Numbered from the stretch's first letter, positions 1-10,682 are shown. The stretch is DNA of 64,000 nt from Peptococcaceae bacterium (GCA_040767105.1 JAXGPE010000001.1:68562-132561), one strand, 5' to 3'. The notes: a model not told the origin generated them from the letters alone. A program made the numbers and translations.

Positions 1-1026
1 GATCATACGGTCACTTTTGCCTGGCTGAAGAGGGGTTTAGTTCTTTTCCCGGGAAAGAAGTATGCCGGAAATGTTGAAGTGGCAGATATTTCTTTGCCGA
101 AGGAGGCAGTCAACGAACTTGAGCAGGAAGTGTTTTATGTAACTGAGGACTTCGTTGAAGGTCTAGTGCCTCTTATTGATTGGCAGAAGCATAAACACAG
201 CGCAGGACATGTTCTCGCTATCGCCGGTTCCGGTGGGATGACCGGAGCAGCTTATTTTGCCTGCAAAGCGGCATATAGATCCGGAGCAGGACTTATTTCC
301 ACCTGTATACCTAAATCGTTGCTGCCGTCTTTTTGCAGTTTGCTTCCGGAAGCGATCGCACACGGGATGGATGAGACTTCTCAGCTAACTTTGGATATTT
401 CTGCGTGGGCACAAATAGAGAATTTGCTTGACAGAAAGAAGGCAGTACTATTTGGCCCCGGGATTTCCAGAGGGGAAAATATCCGGGATATATTGATCAA
501 TCTTTTGGAAAAAGCGAGACAGCCCATTATAATTGACGCAGATGGGTTATATGCCTTGGCAGTCGACCCGGATATATTACAGCAGTCAAAAAGTGCGATA
601 ATCCTGACGCCTCATCCCGGGGAAATGGCTAATCTTTTGGGGATGTCGGTAGAAATGATCCAATATGATCGTGTCAAAATCGCTTTGGAAGCAGCGGCAA
701 AATTCAATGCCATTGTGGTACTTAAGGGGGCTGCGACTATAACAGCCACTCCCGCGGGGGCAGTTTATATAAATTCGACGGGGAATCCTGGACTGGCTAC
801 GGCGGGAACTGGGGATATTCTGACCGGTGTGATCAGCGGGCTTATTGCTCAGGGAATGGAGCCGGCTGCCGCAGCTTATTTTGGGGTATTTCTGCACGGG
901 CTTGCCGGGGATATGGTTGCCCGAAACAAAGGTTTACACGGGACAATGGCTTCAGATGTTTTAGAAATGCTCCCCTATGCCCTTAAAGAGATCGCTGACA
1001 AAGACCGTTCCGGAAAGGAGAAATAG
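1..1026 (+). CDS. nnr: NAD(P)H-hydrate repair enzyme Nnr (YjeF family), C-terminal ADP-dependent dehydratase part; 5' end lies outside the window
   Basis: The frame is open from base 1 (DHTVTFAWLKRGLVLFPGKKYAGNVEVADISLP precedes the tracked ORF 79..1026). YjeF_C/carbohydrate-kinase hallmarks: HKHSAGHVLAIAGS, LTPHPGEMANL, VLKGAATI, GNPGLATAGTGDILTG. Confidence 0.85.
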   Translation, partial: DHTVTFAWLKRGLVLFPGKKYAGNVEVADISLPKEAVNELEQEVFYVTEDFVEGLVPLIDWQKHKHSAGHVLAIAGSGGMTGAAYFACKAAYRSGAGLISTCIPKSLLPSFCSLLPEAIAHGMDETSQLTLDISAWAQIENLLDRKKAVLFGPGISRGENIRDILINLLEKARQPIIIDADGLYALAVDPDILQQSKSAIILTPHPGEMANLLGMSVEMIQYDRVKIALEAAAKFNAIVVLKGAATITATPAGAVYINSTGNPGLATAGTGDILTGVISGLIAQGMEPAAAAYFGVFLHGLAGDMVARNKGLHGTMASDVLEMLPYALKEIADKDRSGKEK

Positions 1027-1029
1027 ATC

Positions 1030-2160
1030 ATGCCAAGACCGGTATGGGTAGAGGTAGATCTTGACAGTATTCGGCATAACTATAACGAGGTCAAACGTCT
1101 TGTCGGAACGAAAGTTAAAATAATGGCTATCGTCAAAGCCGATGCATATGGTCATGGAGCCGTCAGGGTCGCAAAATCGCTGGTTGAAGCAGGCGCCGAT
1201 TGTTTTGGGGTCGCGATCATGAAGGAAGCCATGCAATTGCGCAGAGCAGGCTTGCAAAAACCTATACTTATCCTGGGATGGACGCCGACTACCGAGTATC
1301 TCAAAGCAGTGCGAAGCAAAATCACTTTGTCGATATGTTCGTACAGTGATGCCGAGATATTATCCCAAATGGCCGTCAAAAACGAAAGAATCACAGTGCA
1401 CCTGAAAATCGATACTGGTATGGGTCGGATCGGTATTATACCCGATGAACCGGGAATGAAAGAGGTTCTAAAAATTTTGGCTCTACCGGGTTTGGACATA
1501 CAAGGTATTTTTACTCATCTGGCAAAAGCTGATGAAAAGGATAAGGCTTTTACAAAATTACAATTGGATAAATTTAATGCTTTTACAGCTGCTGTTGAGA
1601 GAAAAACAGGGTACGTCTTTCCGGTCAAACATGCTGCTAATAGCGCAGCGATCCTTGATCATCCGGAAGCACATTTTGACATGGTCCGTCCGGGGATAAT
1701 GCTCTACGGCCTTTATCCATCTGAAGAAGTCCATACAGAGAGGGCAGAGCTTCAGCAGGCTTTGTCCTGGCGGGCTCGTATATCACAGGTCAAGAGGGTT
1801 CCGCCCAATTTTCCAGTCAGTTATGGAGGGATATATAAGACTTCAGAGGAATCAGTAATTGCGACTCTCCCTCTTGGATATGCCGACGGGTATTCACGGA
1901 TACTCTCTGGACGTACAGAAGTGATTTTTGGCGGACAGCGTGTACCGGTTGTAGGAAGGATATGCATGGATCAGATGATGATCAATGTGACCGCGGCTAA
2001 ATCCGTGGCAAAACCACTCGATCAGGTGACATTGATCGGCCGGGATAAGGATTCGTTTATATCTGTAGATGAAATCGCCCGAGTCCTTGGAACAATAAAC
2101 TATGAAGTGGTATGCAATATATCCAAACGTGTGCCAAGGATGTACATCCGAAAGAAATAG
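1030..2160 (+). CDS. alr: alanine racemase
   Basis: 376 aa. PLP-lysine motif AIVKADAYGHGA near the N-terminus, plus PVSYGG and RICMDQMMI motifs typical of Alr. Starts 4 nt after the nnr stop. Confidence 0.93.
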   Translation: MPRPVWVEVDLDSIRHNYNEVKRLVGTKVKIMAIVKADAYGHGAVRVAKSLVEAGADCFGVAIMKEAMQLRRAGLQKPILILGWTPTTEYLKAVRSKITLSICSYSDAEILSQMAVKNERITVHLKIDTGMGRIGIIPDEPGMKEVLKILALPGLDIQGIFTHLAKADEKDKAFTKLQLDKFNAFTAAVERKTGYVFPVKHAANSAAILDHPEAHFDMVRPGIMLYGLYPSEEVHTERAELQQALSWRARISQVKRVPPNFPVSYGGIYKTSEESVIATLPLGYADGYSRILSGRTEVIFGGQRVPVVGRICMDQMMINVTAAKSVAKPLDQVTLIGRDKDSFISVDEIARVLGTINYEVVCNISKRVPRMYIRKK

Positions 2161-2228
2161 GGTGTTCTCTCTTACGGGCTGCACAGGCTCGTTATTTTTA
2201 TTATCTGAAATAAAAAAGGAATGAGCAA

Positions 2229-3251
2229 ATGAGATCCTGCTCTTTGGTTGCAGTAAAAAGAGGAAAAATCACTGAAAGTACCCACCGTGGATCTGTGGCG
2301 GTGGTCGATCATCTGGGTGTCATGATCGCCTCGGTAGGCGATTCGGGCATGATCACCTATATGCGTTCCGCAGCCAAGCCTGTTCAGGGCGTCGCCGTCT
2401 TAGAGAATATACCTGCGGAAAGTTTGCCTATATCAACGGAAGAAATAGCTCTTATGGTCTCTTCGCACAGCGGGGAAGACGAGCATGTACACATAGGTCA
2501 GCATTTGATGGCTAAAATAGCGTTGAAAGAGTCGGACCTCTGCTGCGGAACTCATTTCCCCCTCAACAGGTCGGCGGCTAATGAGCTTGTTAAAAAATCC
2601 CGCAAGCCAGATGTATGGCATTGCAGTTGTTCCGGAAAACATTTGGGCATGCTTGCCCTGGCTAAATATATGGGATATCCGTTGAAGGGTTATTATCTGC
2701 CTGATCATCCGGTACAACAGATCATGCTCAAAACACTGGCTGGATTTACAGATTTAGTCCCGAATGAAATTATTCTGGGAACAGACGGTTGCGGAGTACC
2801 TGTCTTTGGCATGTCTCTGGAAAAAATGGCTCTAGCTTTTGCCCGGTTGGTCAGACCGGTGGATTTTAAAACAGCGAGAAAGAAAGCCTGCGATCAAATT
2901 TGTCAGGCCATGCGCAGACACCCTGTAATAGTTGCTGGAGAAGGATGTTTCACAACGGATTTGATTTTACGTACCGGAGGAAAAATCATTGCTAAAGAAG
3001 GTAATGAAGGCATATTTTGTCTGGGCGTTCCTGAAAAAGGCTGGGGCGTCGCTGTGAAAATAGATGATGGCAGTACGCGGGCGGTCGCACCGGTCGTAAT
3101 GGAGGTCCTGAGGCAGTTGGATTTGTTGAGTGCGGAGGAACAGAAAGGATTTGGAGATCATCTGGAACCTAAAATAATAAATCACCGAAAAGAGAATATT
3201 GGATCCATCAAAGCTGAATTTAAGCTGCAGAAAATGGAAAGCCGTGAATAA
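2229..3251 (+). CDS. L-asparaginase II family protein (PF06089-like)
   Basis: 340 aa. Pattern ESTHRGSVAVVD...YMRSAAKPVQ...CSGKHLGMLA...DGCGVP resembles the asparaginase II family. Assigned by recognition only. Confidence 0.7.
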   Translation: MRSCSLVAVKRGKITESTHRGSVAVVDHLGVMIASVGDSGMITYMRSAAKPVQGVAVLENIPAESLPISTEEIALMVSSHSGEDEHVHIGQHLMAKIALKESDLCCGTHFPLNRSAANELVKKSRKPDVWHCSCSGKHLGMLALAKYMGYPLKGYYLPDHPVQQIMLKTLAGFTDLVPNEIILGTDGCGVPVFGMSLEKMALAFARLVRPVDFKTARKKACDQICQAMRRHPVIVAGEGCFTTDLILRTGGKIIAKEGNEGIFCLGVPEKGWGVAVKIDDGSTRAVAPVVMEVLRQLDLLSAEEQKGFGDHLEPKIINHRKENIGSIKAEFKLQKMESRE

Positions 3252-5409
3252 TATAAAGATCCTCAGTGAGGAGTATAAAATACCGCCGGAAAAAACCGCT
3301 TGCATCGTTCGTATGCTTGAATCCGGTGATACAATACCCTTTATCGCCAGATATCGCAAGGAATCCACCGCAGGACTGAAGGAAGATACGCTGTATGATC
3401 TCGCCTTTCGTTTGGAGTACCTGAAAAAGATCGATAGTTTACGCAAAAAGGCAATTGAACGAATCAGCAAACAGGGCAAGATGACCGCTGAAATATATGA
3501 TAAAATCCAACAATCATTGTATATCCAGGATCTGAAAGATGTTCTGCGATCCTTTGGCGGCAAAAGAATGAATAAAGCTCGGATAGCAAGGGAAAAAGGT
3601 TTGGAAGAGCTGGCGCGGCTTATTATGGAAGGGACATCGACTGACAGTGAAATCGAGCTGGCTGCCGAAGCATACATCGGCAGCTCCTCTCTTATAGTTA
3701 CAACCGCCGAAGCCTTATCCGGAGCTTGTGATATTGCCGCGGAAATAATAGCCGGTGATCCTGAACTTAAGGAATTGATCAGGAGTGAGCTGTTAAACTT
3801 CGGAGAATTTGTATGTAAAGGACGAAATCCAGCTTCCTCGGTGTTTTTTATTTATAATGATTTTCGGGAGAAAATTGCCAAGATCCCCGCGCACCGTATC
3901 CTTGCTATTAACCGTGGGGAAAGGAAGAAGCTTTTAAAGGTAGCATTAGTTTTCCCAAAGCAAAAAATAATCAGTGGAATATGTCAGAAAAAGATCGGCA
4001 AAACAGGCTCAATAATAAATAAATACTATTTAAAATCAATCCATGACAGCTGCGACAAGATGCTGTTCCCGAGTGTTTCCAGGAGATTGAGGCTGGAGGC
4101 CACCGCAAGAGCGGAAAAACAGGCATTTAAGATATTCTCATGCAACTTAAAAAGCTTATTAATGCAACCGCCGCTTCATGGGCATAATATTTTAGGCATT
4201 GATCCGGGTTATCGCAGCGGATGTAAATTTGCGGTGATAGATACTACCGGAAAATATTTAGAGTCAGGAATAATATATCCGAACGATCCCCATAACAAAA
4301 AGGATGAAGCGTTACAAATAGTTTTAAATATCGTCGAAAAACATCAAGTTTCTGTTGCGGCTATCGGCAATAAAACAGCATCGCGCGAAACGGCTTTGTT
4401 CATTGAGGGATTGATCAGCCTAAACAAGCTTAAAATGGGCTATGTCCTGGTCAATGAAGCAGGGGCTTCTGTATATTCGGCTTCGCCCACAGCCGCCAGA
4501 GAATTTGCGGATCTTGATCTGACACACAGAAGCGCGGTATCCATAGCCCGTCGTCTGCTGGATCCACTGGCAGAACTGATCAAGATTGAACCTAGAGCCA
4601 TTGGGATAGGTCAATATCAGCATGATCTTGATATAAAGCTTTTAGAGAAACAGGTAAAAAACACTGTTGAGACCTGTGTAAATTCGGTAGGAGTAAATTT
4701 AAACACGGCATCAGTTGAATTGCTTCAACATATCGCCGGTCTGAATAGAACTTTAGCTGCTTCGATCGTGGCAGCCAGAGAAAAAAATGGAGAATTCAAA
4801 CAAAGAAAAGAACTGCTCTCGATTCCCGGGATCGGTCCGCGAATTTTTAGGCAGTGCGCGGGATTTGTGCGAGTGCTCGATGGGGCAGAGCCTTTGGATA
4901 ACACCTCGGTCCATCCTGAATCGTACGATGTTGCTGAAAAAGTCATGGTTAAAACAGGAGTCGATAGAGATAAGATATCTTTGTTGCAGAAGGAAACGAA
5001 GGCAAAACTTTCCGGATTAGATTTGCCTCGTTTGAGCGAGGATTTGCAGGTGGGTTTGCCAACATTGCAGGATATTATAGACTCCTTGATCAAGCCTGGT
5101 TTAGACCCGCGTGAAGAATTGCCCCCGGTCCTTATCAGGAAGGATGTTTTAGGTATTGATGACGTTTGTAAAGGGATGGTGTTGGAAGGGATAGTGTCTA
5201 ATGTCACTGATTTCGGCGTTTTTGTCGATATCGGTACAATAAAGGAAGGTTTTATTCATTTATCTGAAATGAGTGCAAAATATATACGACATCCGTTGGA
5301 TATCGTACATATTGGGGATAGGATAAGAGCTACCGTTTTAAATGTATGCAAAGAGCGTTCTAAGATAAGTTTAAGCATGAAAGATTACAAGGAGGATGAA
5401 AAAATATGA
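3244..5409 (+). CDS. tex: Tex-like transcription accessory protein (S1 RNA-binding domain)
   Basis: N-terminal DTIPFIARYRKESTAGL, YqgF/RuvC-like IGIDPGYRSGCKFAVID, HhH region, and a C-terminal S1 domain GMVLEGIVSNVTDFGVFVDIG...GDRIRATVLNV. Start placed at in-frame GTG 3244 (8-nt overlap with the upstream stop) rather than TTG 3199; the start is uncertain. Confidence 0.88.
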   Translation: MNNIKILSEEYKIPPEKTACIVRMLESGDTIPFIARYRKESTAGLKEDTLYDLAFRLEYLKKIDSLRKKAIERISKQGKMTAEIYDKIQQSLYIQDLKDVLRSFGGKRMNKARIAREKGLEELARLIMEGTSTDSEIELAAEAYIGSSSLIVTTAEALSGACDIAAEIIAGDPELKELIRSELLNFGEFVCKGRNPASSVFFIYNDFREKIAKIPAHRILAINRGERKKLLKVALVFPKQKIISGICQKKIGKTGSIINKYYLKSIHDSCDKMLFPSVSRRLRLEATARAEKQAFKIFSCNLKSLLMQPPLHGHNILGIDPGYRSGCKFAVIDTTGKYLESGIIYPNDPHNKKDEALQIVLNIVEKHQVSVAAIGNKTASRETALFIEGLISLNKLKMGYVLVNEAGASVYSASPTAAREFADLDLTHRSAVSIARRLLDPLAELIKIEPRAIGIGQYQHDLDIKLLEKQVKNTVETCVNSVGVNLNTASVELLQHIAGLNRTLAASIVAAREKNGEFKQRKELLSIPGIGPRIFRQCAGFVRVLDGAEPLDNTSVHPESYDVAEKVMVKTGVDRDKISLLQKETKAKLSGLDLPRLSEDLQVGLPTLQDIIDSLIKPGLDPREELPPVLIRKDVLGIDDVCKGMVLEGIVSNVTDFGVFVDIGTIKEGFIHLSEMSAKYIRHPLDIVHIGDRIRATVLNVCKERSKISLSMKDYKEDEKI

Positions 5410-6584
5410 GCTGCAAAGCTTTTACAAATGCGATCATTTATACTATGGAGGGGGAAGTCCTTACAAATGCAGCACTTATATGGGAAAATGAGAGAATCAT
5501 TGCTGTGGGAAACGACCTAAAATTTCCCAGAGGAACTGAAAAAATTGATGCTGAAGGCAAGACGATAATACCAGGATTGATCGATGCGCATACACATATT
5601 GGGATTTTAGAAGAAATATATAAAACCGAAGGCAATGATGCCAATGAATATTCAGATCCGCTGACTCCTCAGATGAGAGCCTTGGATGCCGTCAATCCTT
5701 TTGATTTGGCATTTAAAGATGCGCTATCAGGGGGAGTGACCGCCGTGATGACCGGCCCGGGGAGCAGCAATGTCATTGGTGGATTACCATTGGTCATGAA
5801 AACGGCCGGGGTGGAATTAAAAAAAATGGTTTTGACAGAACAAGCCGGTTTAAAGGTATCTTTCGGTGAAAATCCGAAGCGAATGTTTGGGAAGAAAATG
5901 AAACAACCGGTAACTAGAATGGCCATAGCTGCATTGCTTCGTCAAGCTTTTGTCGATGCTGGCGTGTATGCGCAAAGGAGGATAGAGGCAAATGCAGAGA
6001 ACAAGATTTTCGAAAGAAAGCTTGGGCTTGAAGCATTGGCGGATGTTTTGGAGAAGAAAATGCCTTTGCGGGCGCATGCACACCGTGCCGATGACATACT
6101 GACCGCTATACGCATTGCCGAGGAATTCAATGTTGACATAATCATAGAGCATGGCACGGAAGGCCATAAGCTCATAGATGTTTTAAAAGAACGGGGCATA
6201 CCGGTAATCTTCGGGCCTACCTTCAGTAACCGGGCTAAAGTAGAAATGGCGGAAATAGCCTGGCACAGCGCTGCCTTATTAAATGAAGGAGGCGTACTGA
6301 TAGCACTGACTACAGACCATTCGGTCACTCCGATCCAGTATCTTGCGCTTTGTGCGGCATTTGCCGCAAAAAATGGGCTTGATGAGATGGAGGCGCTGAA
6401 GGCGATCACGATCAATCCTGCTAAAATACTTCGGTTAGAAAAACGCATAGGCAGCCTTGCGCCGGGAAAGGATGCTGACTTTGTCGTCATGACGGGGCAT
6501 CCACTGGATTGGAGAACCAATATTGAGAATGTGTATGTCAATGGAGAAAAAGCATACGAACGTAAAAAAACTAGCGTACATTGA
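5406..6584 (+). CDS. metal-dependent amidohydrolase family protein
   Basis: 392 aa. HxH metal motif IIPGLIDAHTHIG, C-terminal GKDADFVV motif. ATGA overlap with the tex stop. Confidence 0.75.
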   Translation: MSCKAFTNAIIYTMEGEVLTNAALIWENERIIAVGNDLKFPRGTEKIDAEGKTIIPGLIDAHTHIGILEEIYKTEGNDANEYSDPLTPQMRALDAVNPFDLAFKDALSGGVTAVMTGPGSSNVIGGLPLVMKTAGVELKKMVLTEQAGLKVSFGENPKRMFGKKMKQPVTRMAIAALLRQAFVDAGVYAQRRIEANAENKIFERKLGLEALADVLEKKMPLRAHAHRADDILTAIRIAEEFNVDIIIEHGTEGHKLIDVLKERGIPVIFGPTFSNRAKVEMAEIAWHSAALLNEGGVLIALTTDHSVTPIQYLALCAAFAAKNGLDEMEALKAITINPAKILRLEKRIGSLAPGKDADFVVMTGHPLDWRTNIENVYVNGEKAYERKKTSVH

Positions 6585-6593
6585 GGTGAAAAG

Positions 6594-7079
6594 GTGATAA
6601 AATTCAGAACCACTTCGGGAGAAGAGACCTTCGCTTTGGCGCAAAAGTTGGGAGAAATGTTAAATGGAGGCGAATTGTTAGCTCTCGAGGGTGATCTTGG
6701 TGCGGGCAAAACGCTTTTTGTCAAAGGGCTGGCCAAAGGGTTGGAAATACAAGAAGAGGTGACCAGTCCAACGTTTGTATTAATGCATATATATGAAGGC
6801 AGACTTACCCTGGCACATTTCGATATATACAGACTCCCTGTTCCCGAGGCTATTGAAGAACTTGGTTATGAGGAATACTTTTATGGATCCGGGGTCACCG
6901 CCGTCGAGTGGGCGGATCTGATCCCCAAATATCTTCCGGAAGAGCATCTACAAATAATAATTCGTCGGGATGAGAAGGAAAACCATGGCGAAACCAGGGA
7001 AATAACATTTGTCCCCCATGGCGAAACGATGATAGATCTAGTAAAGGAGCTGTCTGACAATGCTGGTATTAGGAATTGA
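6594..7079 (+). CDS. tsaE: tRNA t6A37 biosynthesis ATPase TsaE
   Basis: 161 aa. P-loop GDLGAGKT, SPTFVLMH motif. GTG start preceded by GAGGTG. Sits in the tsaE-tsaB-rimI-tsaD context. Confidence 0.88.
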   Translation: MIKFRTTSGEETFALAQKLGEMLNGGELLALEGDLGAGKTLFVKGLAKGLEIQEEVTSPTFVLMHIYEGRLTLAHFDIYRLPVPEAIEELGYEEYFYGSGVTAVEWADLIPKYLPEEHLQIIIRRDEKENHGETREITFVPHGETMIDLVKELSDNAGIRN

Positions 7080-7764
7080 AACATCTTCTCCTGTTGCCTC
7101 TGTAGCTATTGTTTCTGCGGAGGGAGTGAAGAGCGAAATAACCCTAAATGCCGGATTTACACATGCAGAACAGCTTTTGCCGCTGATCGATGATTCTTTG
7201 CGTCAAACGAAGATACTGAGAAGCGATATCGAAGGCATTGCCGTTTCGGGGGGGCCGGGTTCTTTTACGGGATTGAGAATAGGCATGGCTACGGCCAAAG
7301 GACTGGCCCATGCTCTGCAGTTGCCGCTAGTCAGCGTGCCTACACTGAAGGCCTTGGCGTTTAATTGTGCTCATACGCAAGAATTGTGTTCACCGATGAT
7401 GAATGCCCGTAAGAATGAAATATATACAGCATTGTTCCGCTGGTCGGATAACATCCTTGAGCAACTGCACGAAGATTGTGCCATATCGGCTTTTAAATGG
7501 GCTGAAAAACTTAAAGAATATGCCCAACCGGTTTTGCTGGTCGGTGATGGAGCCTGGATGAATTCAGAAATATGGGAAAAAATCATCCCGCAAAAGGGGA
7601 TGATCGTGCCACGCATATCATCCATCACCAGAGCAGCCGCAGTTGCTTGGCTCGGCAGGGAAAAACTGCTTTCGGGCGAAAAAGGATCTTTGGATCAAGT
7701 TAAGCCTGTCTATATTAGGATCCCCGAGGCAGAAGCCAGACTGATGAGGTGCAAAAAAGACTGA
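7060..7764 (+). CDS. tsaB: tRNA t6A37 biosynthesis protein TsaB (YeaZ)
   Basis: 234 aa. LGIETSS N-terminus and GPGSFTGLRIG motif. Overlaps tsaE by 20 nt. Confidence 0.88.
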   Translation: MLVLGIETSSPVASVAIVSAEGVKSEITLNAGFTHAEQLLPLIDDSLRQTKILRSDIEGIAVSGGPGSFTGLRIGMATAKGLAHALQLPLVSVPTLKALAFNCAHTQELCSPMMNARKNEIYTALFRWSDNILEQLHEDCAISAFKWAEKLKEYAQPVLLVGDGAWMNSEIWEKIIPQKGMIVPRISSITRAAAVAWLGREKLLSGEKGSLDQVKPVYIRIPEAEARLMRCKKD

Positions 7765-7791
7765 TGATATTATGGATAAGGAGCACCGCAG

Positions 7792-8247
7792 ATGGAATAT
7801 AAAGTGCGTCCAATGCAAATCGAAGATATAGAAAACATCTTGGAGATAGAAAAAGTATCTTATCCTACACCTTGGTCTGCATACGCTTTTCGTTGTGAAA
7901 TATTTGATAATGATTTTGCTCGCTATTTTGTTATCGAAGGCGAGGAGGATACTGCAAAAATAATCGGCTATGGCGGGATGTGGATCATAGTTGATGAAGC
8001 GCATATAACTAATATAACTGTAGCCCCGGAACATCGCGGAAAAAAAATCGGTGAGATCATTATCGGACAGTTAGTCATGTACGCGAAATCCAAGGGAGTT
8101 TTGCGGATGACTTTAGAGGTAAGGGTATCAAATGAAAGCGCCCAGAGGCTATATGGCAAGATGGGATTTGTATATGCCGGAATAAGACCGGGGTATTATG
8201 TCGATAATAATGAAGATGCGATTATCATGTGGAAGGAAATATATTGA
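7792..8247 (+). CDS. rimI: ribosomal-protein-alanine N-acetyltransferase (GNAT)
   Basis: 151 aa. GNAT acetyl-CoA motif HRGKKIGEIII. Conserved position between tsaB and tsaD. Confidence 0.85.
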   Translation: MEYKVRPMQIEDIENILEIEKVSYPTPWSAYAFRCEIFDNDFARYFVIEGEEDTAKIIGYGGMWIIVDEAHITNITVAPEHRGKKIGEIIIGQLVMYAKSKGVLRMTLEVRVSNESAQRLYGKMGFVYAGIRPGYYVDNNEDAIIMWKEIY

Positions 8248-8261
8248 AAGGTCGTTTCCCG

Positions 8262-9308
8262 ATGAAGAAAGATATCATAATAGCTATTGAAACAAGCTGC
8301 GATGAAACTGCTGTTGCTGTGATGAGTGATGATTGTGAGTTATTGTCCAATATCGTTGCATCACAGATCGATATTCATCAACTCTATGGAGGAGTAGTCC
8401 CGGAGATTGCCTCCAGACATCATTTGGAACAAATAGACCAGCTTATCGATCAAGCATTGACAGCGGCGAATCTGAGTTTAAAAGATATAACCGCGGGAGC
8501 CGTGACTTATGGGCCGGGCCTGGTTGGGGCATTGCTTGTAGGAGTGAGTGCGGCCAAAGGACTTGCTTATGGTTTGGATGTTCCGCTGATAGGTGTTAAT
8601 CATATTGAGGGACATATTTATGCCAACTGGATAACGAGGAGGAAATGGGATTTTCCCTTGCTCTGTCTTATCGTTTCCGGGGGACATACCGCTCTGGTCC
8701 TAATGAAAGGACATGGTCGGTATGAACTGCTCGGGCAAACAAGGGATGATGCGGTTGGAGAAGCATTTGACAAAATTGCCCGGGTCATGGGGCTTGGATA
8801 TCCGGGGGGCCCTTTGCTGGACAAATTGGCTCAAAAGGGTGATCCTTGCTCGATAAGTCTTCCAAGAGCCTGGCTTAGCAAGGATAGTTTTGATTTTAGT
8901 TTTAGTGGTTTAAAAACAGCCGTGATCAACTATCTGCATCGTGCCCGTCAAAAATCAGAAGAAGTTGACAAGGCGGATTTAGCAGCATCATTTCAGCAGA
9001 GCGTTGTTGATGTTTTGATTGAAAAAACAATGCGTGCCCTGTCAAAATACAACCTAAAAACATTGCTTGTCGCCGGAGGAGTTGCTGGAAATAGTGCCTT
9101 GCGAGAGCGCCTTAAGATTTGTTGCGCAGAGCAGGGGATCGATTTGCATATCCCGGAATTAGGACATTGCACAGACAACGCCGCTATGATCGCCTGCGCC
9201 GGCATGTATAGATTTAAAAACGGAGAAAGATCAGCTTGGGATCTTAATGCCGTCCCTAATCTTAAACTTACAGAGGTTGCTTCCGAAAATCGACAAAATC
9301 AGGTATAA
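8262..9308 (+). CDS. tsaD: tRNA N6-adenosine threonylcarbamoyltransferase TsaD
   Basis: MKKDIIIAIETSCDETAVAV N-terminus, metal motif NHIEGHIY, GGVAGNSALR. Start moved to ATG 8262 (the tracked ORF begins at 8229). Confidence 0.93.
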   Translation: MKKDIIIAIETSCDETAVAVMSDDCELLSNIVASQIDIHQLYGGVVPEIASRHHLEQIDQLIDQALTAANLSLKDITAGAVTYGPGLVGALLVGVSAAKGLAYGLDVPLIGVNHIEGHIYANWITRRKWDFPLLCLIVSGGHTALVLMKGHGRYELLGQTRDDAVGEAFDKIARVMGLGYPGGPLLDKLAQKGDPCSISLPRAWLSKDSFDFSFSGLKTAVINYLHRARQKSEEVDKADLAASFQQSVVDVLIEKTMRALSKYNLKTLLVAGGVAGNSALRERLKICCAEQGIDLHIPELGHCTDNAAMIACAGMYRFKNGERSAWDLNAVPNLKLTEVASENRQNQV

Positions 9309-9352
9309 TCTTAATAAATTAGCTTAAAGCATGAAAGGGAGTTGGTTTTAGA

Positions 9353-10636
9353 TTGGACCCCGACGGTGGTAGTAAGTGGGTAGTATTGTTATTGTTTTTG
9401 GTTCTGGCCGCTTTAATAACTCTTGTAAGGACAGCTCTATTGGCTGTGAACAGGCATCGTTTGCGTAGCATAACAGTTGAAATAGATCCCAGAGTCACTA
9501 AAATCAACCGGATGCTTAATGAGCTTGATTTGTTCGTAGAGGCAGTACGTATTGGCGATATAGTGTTCAGGGGATTGTTCGTTATAATGGGTACCGTTTT
9601 TGTACTGGCCCAATGGGGAACAGATAAAGGAATAGTAATTGCAGCGGCTGCTATAATTCCGGTTGTTGCAATTATTGCATATATTATTCCTGAGACGATC
9701 GCCATAAAAGATCCGGAAAAAACAACTCTATTATTTATAAAACCGATCAGATTTTTCGTGTTGTGCATGATGCCTTTGATTAAAATAACCAGACTCATAA
9801 AGAGAATTTTGCGCAGGATCATGATGATCGAGGAAGAAGAACGCAGGGAACAGAAAGCCAGCGGCATGGAGGAGGAAATCATCGAACTGGTATCGGCCGT
9901 CCAGGAAGAGGGAGTCATCCATCAGGAAGAAAAGAAGATGATCCATGGAGTGTTTGATTTTGTCGAAACCATGGTCAAGGATGTGATGGTGCCGAGAACA
10001 GGCATAATTGCCGTTGAGAAAGATATGCAGCTTAATGAACTGATGGAGATGATCCAAAGTGAAAAGTTTTCAAGGATACCTGTGTACGAGAATAGTATAG
10101 ATAACATAACGGGTGTTGTGCATATAAAAGATTTGTTCATGGCCAATGCTTGCGGCACGGACGATTTTGTTCTCGAAAAATACGTGCGGCCAACGATTTT
10201 TGTGCCTGAAACAAAAATGGTCAATGATTTGTTCAGGATAATGAAAAAAGAAAAGATCCATATGGGGATAGTGCTGGATGAATATGGCGGTACTGCAGGA
10301 TTAGTAACAATGGAGGATCTGATCGAAGAGATAATGGGTGATATCCAGGACGAACATGATACAGAAGAACCCAATTATCTTAGGATCGATGAAAGTACAA
10401 TAGATGTCAACGCCAGTCTCCGGATAGAGGATATCAACGAAAAACTTGGTCTTGAATTGGAATGTGATGACGCTGAAACCGTTGGCGGTATTGTTTTTGC
10501 CAAACTTGGACGTATTCCTGTGGTAGGGGATGTGCTAAACATAGGTGAACTTGAAATGCATGTGATCAAAATGGATGGACATAGAATAGAGAAGATTCGC
10601 ATTAAACGGGTCGCTTCAACGCAAAACATGGACTAA
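9353..10636 (+). CDS. CNNM/HlyC-CorC family membrane protein (DUF21 + tandem CBS + CorC_HlyC)
   Basis: 427 aa. Hydrophobic N-terminal third, then CBS-pair region (MVPRTGIIAV...RIPVYE...GIVLDEYGGTAGLVTMEDLIEEI) and a C-terminal transporter-associated domain. Confidence 0.85.
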   Translation: MDPDGGSKWVVLLLFLVLAALITLVRTALLAVNRHRLRSITVEIDPRVTKINRMLNELDLFVEAVRIGDIVFRGLFVIMGTVFVLAQWGTDKGIVIAAAAIIPVVAIIAYIIPETIAIKDPEKTTLLFIKPIRFFVLCMMPLIKITRLIKRILRRIMMIEEEERREQKASGMEEEIIELVSAVQEEGVIHQEEKKMIHGVFDFVETMVKDVMVPRTGIIAVEKDMQLNELMEMIQSEKFSRIPVYENSIDNITGVVHIKDLFMANACGTDDFVLEKYVRPTIFVPETKMVNDLFRIMKKEKIHMGIVLDEYGGTAGLVTMEDLIEEIMGDIQDEHDTEEPNYLRIDESTIDVNASLRIEDINEKLGLELECDDAETVGGIVFAKLGRIPVVGDVLNIGELEMHVIKMDGHRIEKIRIKRVASTQNMD

Positions 10637-10642
10637 AAATTC

Positions 10643-10682
10643 AAGGCCGACCGTGTAAACACCGGTTGGCCTTGTTATATTT
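10643..10682 (+). terminator. rho-independent terminator after the CNNM gene
   Basis: AAGGCCGACCG - loop - CCGGTTGGCCTT (one mismatch) followed by a T-rich tract, 7 nt after the stop codon. Confidence 0.6.

Noticed and set aside
2967-3677. 236-aa minus-strand ORF
   Set aside because: Entirely antisense to the well-supported asparaginase-like and tex genes. Ser/Ile/Phe-rich, low-complexity translation with no SD. A typical shadow ORF.
5942-6736. 264-aa minus-strand ORF
   Set aside because: Antisense to the amidohydrolase and tsaE genes. Ser/Ala-rich sequence with no recognisable motif.
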